NCBI GenBank assembly: GCA_043228905.1
Contig: JBHGNT010001486.1
Location: 1-7,509 of the forward strand
DNA from: Azolla caroliniana
Lineage: Eukaryota > Plantae > Polypodiophyta
Direction: 5' to 3'
DNA length: 7,509 nt
Part shown: positions 1 to 7,026 of the stretch, piece by piece
Numbering within the stretch: position 1 is the stretch's first letter
Layout of the letters: each line of letters begins with the position of its first letter
Notes under the pieces: generated by a model
The model's database searches: none
Seen by the model: the letters and a program-made list of their open reading frames with translations, nothing else
Told to the model about the DNA's origin: nothing
Made by a program: the position numbers and the translations under genes

Positions 1-418
1 ACACAAGGTATCCTTCTGGATCACTTCACCAAAGGGGTGGTTACAGTAAGGATTTCCGACTCTGATAGGCTTCAACCAGTGAATGTCCGGTGGAGATCCG
101 ATTCACAACACACAGTATTACACGCGTAAGATCAATACATTAACACAGGACGGAATAAAGATCAGATAGACAATAATAACATGCTCTTATATTAATGTTC
201 CTTCATTCATACAATGATATCCGGATCCTTTTATAGGCATCCGGTTTGTGCTACAAAACGGTGCCTAACCGGCAACCAACTATCAATCAGTCCGGATCCG
301 AATCGGCATACCTCTTCCAGATCTGTCCGTTCCGAACATAATTCTTAGTTATTTAATTATATTTCTATGAACCAGCTTTCCTCTTGCTCCTTCCATACTT
401 GGCCACCACTAGACAACA
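1..418 (-). mobile_element. Putative LTR (minus strand, runs off the window start)
   Basis: Minus strand starts TGTTG at 418 and has CCTATAAAAGG (plus 227-237) followed by T-rich, U5-like sequence. No coding motif recognised. The other terminus, TSD and PBS/PPT are not visible, so this is inference. Confidence 0.45.
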
Positions 419-420
419 AG

Positions 421-729
421 TGTTATGTGTTAACCAACATGTCCAATATACAATCATATGCATAATTGTTCCTTGTAGCTTTTAAGCTAGAAATATGAGC
501 ATAATTTCTTCCTTGTATTTTTCACATTCAGCACATGCATGCATACATAAATGTGTACATACATCCTCTAAAGCATCACATGCACTGGACATGCATGCAT
601 GCTGCTTAGTATAAATACTTGGGTTCACCTTGAATGAATTCAAGGTGAACAACACCAGTTAACAACATTTGCTCTTTTATGCTTGCCAATCATGTCCTTA
701 TAGTTTCCATTGTTTTTCGGTCCTTAACA
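421..729 (+). mobile_element. Solo-LTR-like insertion (309 bp)
   Basis: Ends are TGTTA...TAACA (5-bp terminal inverted repeat). TATAAATA at 610-617 with CATGCA motifs upstream. The right end abuts a 5'-truncated LTR at 730. TSD is not clean (CAAG left, CCAG right). Confidence 0.55.
623..650. repeat. 13-bp perfect inverted repeat (GTTCACCTTGAAT-ga-ATTCAAGGTGAAC)
   Basis: Read directly: arms 623-635 and 638-650, 5 bp after the TATA box. Confidence 0.9.
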
Positions 730-1092
730 CCAGATCGGTTGAATAAGCCCAGAGCCGGATCGGATGAAGACCTATTGGTTAAGAGCCAAATCAGAGAGTC
801 GGATCGGAGAGATGGATTTGCGGGAAGGGAGTAGGCCATTAGAGGCCTACGCTCCTAGTTTAGTAGGTAGTTATATTTTTGGGTGTTAGTGTCACTGGCT
901 CTTTCAAGAGCATTGGAGTACTTGTCAATCATTTAAGGACTTGTATAAAAGTGCTCTTTGAGCACACTTGTACGTAAAGAGAACATATTATTTTGAACCA
1001 AATATTTAGTCTTTTGCTCTCTCTTTCTCTTCCGCATTCTGTGTATCTCCATTTCTTCTTTGTTAAGCTTCCACACATAAATCTCTTAGACA
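730..1092 (+). mobile_element. Copia LTR (3' or solo), diverged relative of LTR C, missing its first ~25 bp
   Basis: Collinear with 3130-3525: CC(A/G)GATCGGTTG start, identical 20-mer GGACTTGTATAAAAGTGCTC (937-956 = 3340-3359), CT-rich tract, and a CA end at 1092. That end is exactly where the RT frame of element A is cut. No PBS follows. Confidence 0.75.
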
Positions 1093-1910
1093 TACTAGCT
1101 CCCATGTATCACTTTCTTTGATCGAGTTCATTCAGGATATCATCGCTTGTTGTCATGTGTTAGCATCCAGCGCAGTCATGGCTTCTTCGTAGGAGCTCGG
1201 TTCTCCTACGTCCGTGTAATTGACATGGTCTAGGCCCGGTTGATAGAACTTTGTCCGGATCTCCTTGGTGCCGATTTTGTGGGTTCAAATTCTTCAATCG
1301 ACACATGTGTCCAATCAACATTGTTTGAAGCATTGTTGTAAGAAGATCATTGGTGGATCATTGCATTGCTGTCAGATCATCCTCTACCTTGGGAGTGTTT
1401 GACTAGTGTGTTCGTGTCGTGTCTTGCTTGGATCAGCCATTTGGCATCCTGGTTGATTCAGGTATTGTATCCGATTCGATCCTGGTCAATGTTCTAGCTG
1501 ATTGATTTTTGGCTATTGGACCATTTGCCGATTCGGGTTTGGCTAGGGAATTGTTGGCCGATTCAAATTCGGCATAGAACATGTTGGCCGCAAACTCGGT
1601 CAGAGAATAGTCAAAACTAACTCTCTTTCCAATTCGGGGCTTCATTGAAGACCACATCACTGCTTCAGATCGATTTCCAGTTCCTTGGATCCTAGTGCCG
1701 ATAGTTGAATTCCCTGTCTATCCCGTATCCAAGAATAATGCACTTCGTCGAATGGGGTGCCAGCTTGGTCTGTTTCTCCCTTGGAATATATGCATAAGCT
1801 TCACACCCAAATATACAAAGTTGATTGTAAGTCAACTATTTTCCCGACCATAATGCCTGTAGCATCTAGAGCCAAATTTCTTTTGACGGCGGCAGATTGA
1901 CAAGATATAT
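1093..1910 (-). pseudogene. pol: Ty1/copia pol fragment (element A): integrase C-terminus, linker, start of reverse transcriptase
   Basis: Manual translation from 1910 gives IYLVNLPPS...LWSGK*LTYNQLCIFGCEAYAYIPREKQTKLAPHSTKCIILGYG...SSDVVFNE (copia integrase tail). About 1210-1093 gives GEPSSYEEAM...T*QQAMIS*MNSIKESDTWELV (copia RT N-terminus). Integrase before RT is the copia order. Several in-frame stops. Confidence 0.93.
1474..1590 (-). repeat. Degenerate 30-bp (10-codon) tandem repeat in the integrase-RT linker
   Basis: Units 1501-1530, 1531-1560 and 1561-1590 share ATT...GGC...TT(G/T)GCCG, plus a weaker copy at 1474-1500. Translates as ESANNSLAKP / ESANGPIAKN / QSARTLTRI. Confidence 0.6.
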
Positions 1911-2281
1911 TGTTGTTTGCAACACTCCAACCCAAAACTGCAGCTTTTATCCGGCCTAATGGAGCTAGCAATGGGCCCAGTTCGGTTTCGGTTCGGTTTA
2001 GTTTTGAAGGGCAAATATGCATGTAAACGTATGAGTGAGGATTTGTGATAGTGTTCAGCAAACAACACAGAAGGAAGACAAGAGAATAAATAGAAAATAT
2101 ACACAGTAAGCTTTAATGGAAGCTTTGTTATTATGTTCTCTCTCTCTCAGAGACTCTGTACAAGAATGATCAAGAGATGCACTTTACAACGTTAGGTTAT
2201 CACTTATATACTAAGCCCTAACTCATTTTATGAGTTCAGACAAGGATACAAAATGGAAGGAGTCGGCCTTTTATGCCAACA
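1911..2281 (-). repeat. 3' LTR of element B (371 bp)
   Basis: TGTTG...CAACA termini, preceded on the minus strand by a PPT, with TATATAA at ~2204-2210 (minus). Confidence 0.85.
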
Positions 2282-2283
2282 AA

Positions 2284-2290
2284 CTCCCCC
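2284..2290 (-). promoter_or_regulatory. Polypurine tract of element B
   Basis: Minus strand reads GGGGGAG-TT-TGTTG, the typical copia PPT/LTR junction. Confidence 0.85.
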
Positions 2291-2508
2291 ATAAAAGGAT
2301 ACTCTTTCCTACATGTACAAGTGTTTGGGGTTCTCTCCCCCGTAAACCTAAATTACAAAACTAATCTAATTTATATTACAAGTCTGTTGACATATAGACG
2401 AGTCAACAAAGATAGGGTTTGTGTCAAGCCTAGCCTGGTTCATTATCATGATTGACTTGGTTGACTCTTACCTTCTGCTCCTTGTTCGACGTTCTTCTGC
2501 TTGGTTAC

Positions 2509-3104
2509 TTATCGTAGTCCCATTCTAGTCTTTACTACTCCAAAGCGTTGATCTGGGAGTGGCTTCGTTAGGCCATCGACGATGTTCACCTTCGTGTCGA
2601 TCTTCTGGGCTTTGAGCCTCTTCTCAGTTATGAGTTCCCATATGTGATGATACCACACCTCGAAGTGCTTTGCCTTTGCATGATAGACAGGATTGTTGAG
2701 GTGTATTGCGCTCTGTGAGTCGTAATAGATGGTTGGCGTTGGTTGGTCGATTTGCCTTGTAGATGAGAGGTCGGTAGACAGTCGGTGCAACCAGATCGCT
2801 TCCTTCGTTGCCTCTGATGTTGCTATCTACTCGGCCTCTATGGTTGATAGGGTCGTGCATTCTTGAAGCTTTGACCTCCGTGATATAGCACCACCACCAT
2901 AAGTGAAATTATAGCCTGATGTTGACTTCCGATTGTCCGTGTTGCCTCAGTGTAGCCTTCGACTTCGGTTGAGGTTGGCAAACCGAAAGTCAGTAGTGTA
3001 TCTTCGGTCCCTCACAGGTACCTGAAGATGTGCTTGATGGCTTCCCAATGCTTCCATCCTGGATTCGATATGTACTAGCTGACCACCCCTATGACATAGG
3101 TTAG
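2509..3104 (-). pseudogene. pol: Ty1/copia RT C-terminus and RNase H (element B)
   Basis: LTYVIGVVS*YISNPGWKHWEAIKHIFRYL*GT...EGYT, then a frameshifting deletion of the DxDYA motif near 2948, then GNTDNRKSTSGY...SRRSKLQECTTLSTIEAE*IA...EAIWL...YYDSQSAIHLNNPVYHAKAKHFEV...VDGLTKPL. These are hallmark copia RNase H motifs. Confidence 0.94.
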
Positions 3105-3525
3105 TGTTGAGATACAAGCTCAACATTGGCCGGATCGGTTGTGCAAGCCGAGAACCGGATTGGTGCGTAAACCGGGTGCGTACACTGTTACGCAAACTAG
3201 TACGCAACGAGAGGCCGTAGTGGTGCATAAAGCGTGAGGCTGTTGGAAAGATATTCCCCATAGGAATATATTTTGGGAGTTACTGTAGCGCTCACTTATG
3301 AGCATTGAAGTACGTGTCAGTACTTCTGTCAGTCCATATGGACTTGTATAAAAGTGCTCACTGAGCACATCCTATGTACAGACTGAGTATTATTTTTTGA
3401 ATTGTTTTGCATGCATTCTTTCTCTCTGTCTGTCTCTCCCGTGCATTGTGTATATTCAAGCTCTCCATTAAACCTGCATTTCTGTTTTTGGTTTTCTATT
3501 GCTTCCGCACGCTACTCTTTTTACA
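3105..3525 (+). repeat. 5' LTR of element C (421 bp)
   Basis: Starts TGTTG exactly where the RT frame of B is cut and ends TTACA immediately before the PBS. TATAAAA at 3347-3353. Confidence 0.88.
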
Positions 3526-3537
3526 TGGTATTAGATC
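3526..3537 (+). promoter_or_regulatory. Primer binding site, tRNA-iMet type (degenerate)
   Basis: TGGTATTAGATC matches the canonical plant TGGTATCAGAGC at 10/12 and follows directly after the LTR CA. Confidence 0.85.
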
Positions 3538-3615
3538 GCGAGGGTTGAGAACCTCTGTTGCCGATCTTAGCTCAAAGAAGAAAACCTAACCTTCGTAAAG
3601 AACAGGAAAAACAAA

Positions 3616-4759
3616 ATGGATAGAGGCATGGCTAGCTCGTTTCCAACAGAGAAGCTCGACAGAAACAACTACGCGTCTTGCTGTTACAAGATGCACCAGT
3701 ACCTACTCGGGCATGGATATTGGAGCTATGTTGACGGAGCAAATGCCATAGCACCCAATTCGACACACAAAGACTTCCCGGCTTGGGAACAGTCAGCGAG
3801 CAGAGTTCTCTACTACTTCGTGTCTTGTGTGGGTGAACAGCTTCTGAGCTATATTCGGGATGCGAAAACGCCGAAGGATGCTTGGGGAAATCTGAAAAAG
3901 ATTTTCGCCGCAAGCAACACTACTAGGAAGCTTCAACTCCGACAAGAGCTGAGCAACTTACGACAACGCAACTTGTCGGTGGCTGATTACACCTCGAAGA
4001 TCAAAGAGATATGCGACTCCTTAGCCTCTTTCGATGTTCAACGTCGAGGAAGGCGAGATGGTGCAGATCTGTCTCGGGGGACTGGCGTTGAAGTTCGGAG
4101 CGTTCCAAACTGTTGTGTGTACACGAGAGATTACGCCGTCATTTTTCGACCTACAGTTGAGGCTCCTTACACATGCCGACAACAAGATGTTGTACACGGA
4201 GGGAGCAATTCCGGACCCTCCGGAAACAGGGGGAATCGAGCTGACGAGAACCGGCAAGGGAAACCTGTCGCTTAATGCTGGTACTGTGGCAAGAAAAGCC
4301 ACAAGGAGAGCGAGTGTTGGAAGAAGCACACCGATTCAGAGAGGAATAGATCCAGATCAGTTTCCGGATAAACCGACAAGGGTAATCGGCAACGATCGCA
4401 CTACGCCGAAGGATCCGGAAAAACCGAAAAAGGGTCAGCCTTCGTGACAAAACACGAAGCGAACTCAATGAAGAAGTCCACCTCGAAATCGGACAAGGTG
4501 TGGTACGTTGACTCCGATGCATCAAACCGCATGACGTGCCACAAGGAGTGGTTCTCATACCTTGAGAAACCGATGCAACCGGGAGTAGTCCAAACCGGAG
4601 ATGACACTCCGCATCCGATCGTGGATGTCCGTGAAGTTCCCCTGAGCCATGTCGAGCAGAAAGGGAAACTCATGAACGTGTTACACGTCTTGACAATCAC
4701 GAAGAATCTGGTGTTGGTTGGGCAGATCGTTGACCAGGGGATGAAAGTACGGTTCACGC
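3616..4759 (+). pseudogene. gag: Copia gag (with CCHC zinc knuckle) and aspartic protease of element C
   Basis: EKLDRNNYASCCYKMHQYLLGHGYWSYVDG and TPKDAWGNLKKIF...LRQELSNLRQ are copia gag-like. Frameshifts near 4037 and ~4200, TAA at 4273. CWYCGKKSHKESEC (4276-4317) fits CX2CX4HX4C. WYVDSDASNRMT (4501-4536) is a mutated DSGASxHMT protease motif. Confidence 0.93.
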
Positions 4760-4846
4760 TGTCGTAGTGTATTTCGTACACTACGTGAAAAAGTAAAAAT
4801 AATATAACCGATTTAATTACATATAAATAAATAAAATAAGAATATC

Positions 4847-4933
4847 AAAATATTTATCACGTGCATAGGGCAAGATTCAAACCTTGTACCTCCACGTAGC
4901 CAAACCTCAACTTTACCATTATGCTACCTTATC
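4847..4933 (-). promoter_or_regulatory. tRNA-like internal Pol III promoter cassette in LTR D
   Basis: Minus strand has A-box-like TAGCATAATGG (4926-4916), GAGGT, B-box-like GGTTTGAATC (4883-4874) and TTTT at 4850-4847. A-to-B start distance is 43 nt. Confidence 0.55.
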
Positions 4934-5002
4934 TTTAGTGTTCTACAAATAGATTTAATAACTATAAGTGCTTTATTTGCACCTACCTTTATTAAAAGGT
5001 AA

Positions 5003-5150
5003 ATCATGCATTTTTAGAGTGCGTGAATATTTTATAGAAAAACGCAAGCAACTAAAAAGTGACTCATGCACATCTAGTGTGCATGAGCACTATATTTAGC
5101 AAATAAAAGCAAGGATTAGAAAAGCATCACATGCACATTTAGTGTGCATG
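5003..5150. repeat. Three ~60-67-bp-spaced copies of the palindrome CATGCACA-T(C/T)TAG-TGTGCATG in U3 of LTR D
   Basis: 10-bp arms at 5063-5072/5078-5087, 8-bp arms at 5130-5137/5143-5150, and a degenerate copy at ~5003-5027. Homologous copies in LTR E at ~6341, ~6407 and ~6470. Confidence 0.8.
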
Positions 5151-5484
5151 AACATATTAGAAAAAGCATGTAGCTATGCTTAGTCTCTCCCATCACTATA
5201 TAAGGATGGGGAGCACATTGTAGTTTTTGTTGATTATTTTTCTATAATGATCAATCAATCTAAAATATTCGTGGGATTCACGAATTTGCTAAAATAATTC
5301 TCTCTTACTACCTAAATATTGACTAAATATACTAAACTCGTGGGATTCACGAGATTCTTATCTTATAACTCGTTATACCTATTCTTTACTAGCCTTATTT
5401 GTATTTTTATTCCTCCTAGTCCAAAACCTCGGCGGTTCCCACCCGACTCACGCAACGATCCGGAGCCGAAGGGCTCGACAACGC

Positions 5485-6096
5485 ATCTCGGGTGCTTCAT
5501 CGAGGAAGAAGGCCGAGTTATTATGCAAGGGCGCAGAGACGGGAGGATGTTTATCCTCGACTCTAGTGACGGTTGCACTGCAATGTTCGCGAAAAGACAA
5601 AATGTCGAGACGGATATTGACTTATGGCACAAGCGGATAGGCGACGTCAACTATCAATAGCTTCAGGACCTGCAATCGAAACAGGTGGTGTTCGGATTGC
5701 CCAAATTTAGTGGCTAGAAGGCACAAATTTGTGAAGCTTGCGAGCTAGGGAAGCAATACCGACTTCCTTCCCCTAACTAGCGTAACCGGAGCCAAACCCA
5801 GTTCGACTTGATACATTCAGATGTATGGGGGCGAGCATAGAACGTTAGTCTTGGCAGGAGTCGATACTTCATCTTCTTCATCAACGACTATACGCGACAC
5901 ACGTGGATCTACCTTATTACGAAGAAGAGTGAAGTCTTCGACTATTTTCGGGACCTCAAGAGTTTCGTCGAAAGGGAAATAGGAAGAAAGATCAAGTGCC
6001 TACAGTCGGATGACGAAAAGGAGTACTTTTCCGGTCAATTCAACAGGTATCTACAATAGATGGGAATTCGACGCGAATTCAGTTGCAGATATATAC
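5485..6096 (+). pseudogene. pol: Copia GAG-pre-integrase/HHCC and integrase core of element C
   Basis: One frame: LWHKRIGDVN...ICEACELGKQ...DLIHSDVWG...SRYFIFFINDYTRHTWIY...KKSEVF...KIKCLQSDDEKEY...GIRREFSCRYI. Cut just before the expected PxQNG motif. TAG stops at 5658, 5715, 5778, 5838 and 6057. Confidence 0.94.
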
Positions 6097-6822
6097 TGTC
6101 GTAGTGTGAATCACACAATATGTGAAATATGTAAAATACTATATCCGATTTAAAGTACGTATAATAAATGAAATAAGATATTAAAAAAATATATTACATG
6201 CATAGGGCAAGATTCGAACCCTATACCTCCACATAGACAAACCCTAACCTTACCATTGTACTAACTTATCCTTAGTGTTTTAAATGTAGATTTAATACCT
6301 ATAATACCTTTAATTACGCCTACCTTTATTAAAAAGGTAAGTCATGCATTTTTAGAGTGCGTGAATACTTTATTTATAAGAAAAATGTAAACCAATAAAA
6401 TATTACCCTTGCACATCTAGAGAGCATGAGCGCTATATTTAGGAAATAAAAGCATAGTGTAAAAAGAAACTCATGCACATTTAGTGTGCATGAACACTTT
6501 AGAAAAAGCATGAAGCTATGCTTAGCCTCTTCCATCCTTATATAAGGAGGAGAGAAAGATGTATGGTGGTGTTGATTATTTGACAAGGGTTGATTAATAT
6601 AATATATTGGTGGGATTCACGAATTTGCTAACTATTTTTCTCTCTTAATCTGAGTACTCACTAATACATTATACTCGTGGGATTCACGAGTTTTTCATAT
6701 CTTTCTATCTTACAATATATTTCATATTCTTAATTGCCTTAGAATTTTCTTTTCTCCTAGTCCAAAACCTTAGTGGTTCCCGCCCAACTCACGCAAACGA
6801 TCTGGAGCCGAAAGGCACGACA
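6097..6822 (+). repeat. 5' LTR of element E (726 bp), diverged relative of D
   Basis: TGTCGT...ACGACA termini, block-by-block similarity to 4760-5480, and TATATAA at 6539-6545. Confidence 0.92.
6183..6270 (-). promoter_or_regulatory. tRNA-like internal Pol III promoter cassette in LTR E
   Basis: Minus strand has TAGTACAATGG (6263-6253), GAGGT, GGTTCGAATC (6220-6211) and T7 at 6189-6183. A-to-B start distance is 43 nt. Confidence 0.6.
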
Positions 6823-6826
6823 CATT

Positions 6827-6842
6827 TGGTGAACACGACGTG
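6827..6842 (+). promoter_or_regulatory. Primer binding site complementary to the tRNA-Trp 3' end
   Basis: TGGTGAACACGACGTG starts 4 nt after the LTR. It matches 15/16 to TGGTGAACCCGACGTG, the complement of the plant cytosolic tRNA-Trp 3' end as I recall it (not verified by search). Confidence 0.75.
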
Positions 6843-6860
6843 GACACGGGTGGCAAGGAG

Positions 6861-7026
6861 ATGGAAAATTAACCGGAGGCTAACAACATGATGATGAAGT
6901 TCGAGCGGATGCTTCAAGAACAACGTGCGATGTTAGAGATAGCGGCGACAGTTGAGCGGCTCGTGGAACGGATCGGGCAATTCAACGGAAAGGACATATC
7001 ACACAATCTTCGGGACTAGAAGGCGG
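6861..7026 (+). pseudogene. gag: gag N-terminus of element E (truncated, two stops)
   Basis: ATG 18 nt after the PBS: MEN*PEANNMMMKFERMLQEQRAMLEIAATVERLVERIGQFNGKDISHNLRD*KA. This is a helical start followed by an F(N/D)GxD-like capsid motif. Confidence 0.65.

Larger units (their letters stand above)
1911..3104 (-). mobile_element. Ty1/copia retrotransposon B, 3' part (RT end, RNase H, 3' UTR, PPT, 3' LTR), inserted in the integrase of A
   Basis: Canonical order on the minus strand. The LTR end at 1911 directly abuts the integrase frame of A. Confidence 0.88.
4760..5480 (+). mobile_element. Solo LTR D (721 bp; probably Ty3/gypsy type) with 4-bp TSD ACGC
   Basis: TGTCG...CGACA termini, with ACGC at 4756-4759 and 5481-5484. 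Removing the LTR plus one TSD restores the frame MKVRFT-HLGCFIEEEGR. Collinear with LTR E. The gypsy assignment is inference. Confidence 0.92.
3105..6096 (+). mobile_element. Ty1/copia retrotransposon C, 5' part (5' LTR, PBS, gag, protease, integrase), inserted antisense in the RT of B
   Basis: Order is LTR, PBS, gag, zinc knuckle, protease, integrase. Interrupted by D at 4760-5480 and by E from 6097. The rest lies outside the window. Confidence 0.93.
6097..7026 (+). mobile_element. LTR retrotransposon E, 5' end (5' LTR, PBS, gag start; probably Ty3/gypsy)
   Basis: LTR, PBS and gag-like frame in order. Inserted into the integrase of C and cut at 7027 by F. No pol is visible, so the superfamily is inferred. 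Confidence 0.85.

Noticed and set aside
2385-2408. 7-bp inverted repeat TGTTGAC...GTCAACA in the 3' UTR of B as a mini-element
   Set aside because: It is only 24 bp with no TSD and is compatible with chance or a local RNA hairpin.
4021-4275. Programmed frameshift or read-through in gag
   Set aside because: Plant copia gag-pol is normally one frame, no slippery heptamer is evident, and the element has many other decay lesions.
1801-4781. Short ORFs 1801-2061, 1832-2104, 2273-2455, 2624-2860, 2947-3261, 3120-3368, 3407-3589 and the antisense ORFs over gag/protease
   Set aside because: They lie in LTRs, cross insertion junctions or shadow pol/gag frames, and show no recognisable motifs.
5319-5660. 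113-aa ORF as a novel gene
   Set aside because: It is a chance fusion of LTR D sequence (TTG start) to the copia pre-integrase frame and ends at a decay stop.
6183-6270. Functional tRNA gene
   Set aside because: Acceptor, D and anticodon stems do not pair. Only the promoter boxes and their spacing are tRNA-like.
4760-6822. D and E as the paired LTRs of one small (TRIM-like) element carrying an integrase fragment
   Set aside because: D has its own TSD, E is followed by a PBS and gag, the two are clearly diverged, and the DNA between them continues the copia C frame.
6855-6863. Shine-Dalgarno-like AAGGAG before ATG 6861
   Set aside because: There is no spacing to the ATG and the context is a eukaryotic retroelement, so it is coincidental.
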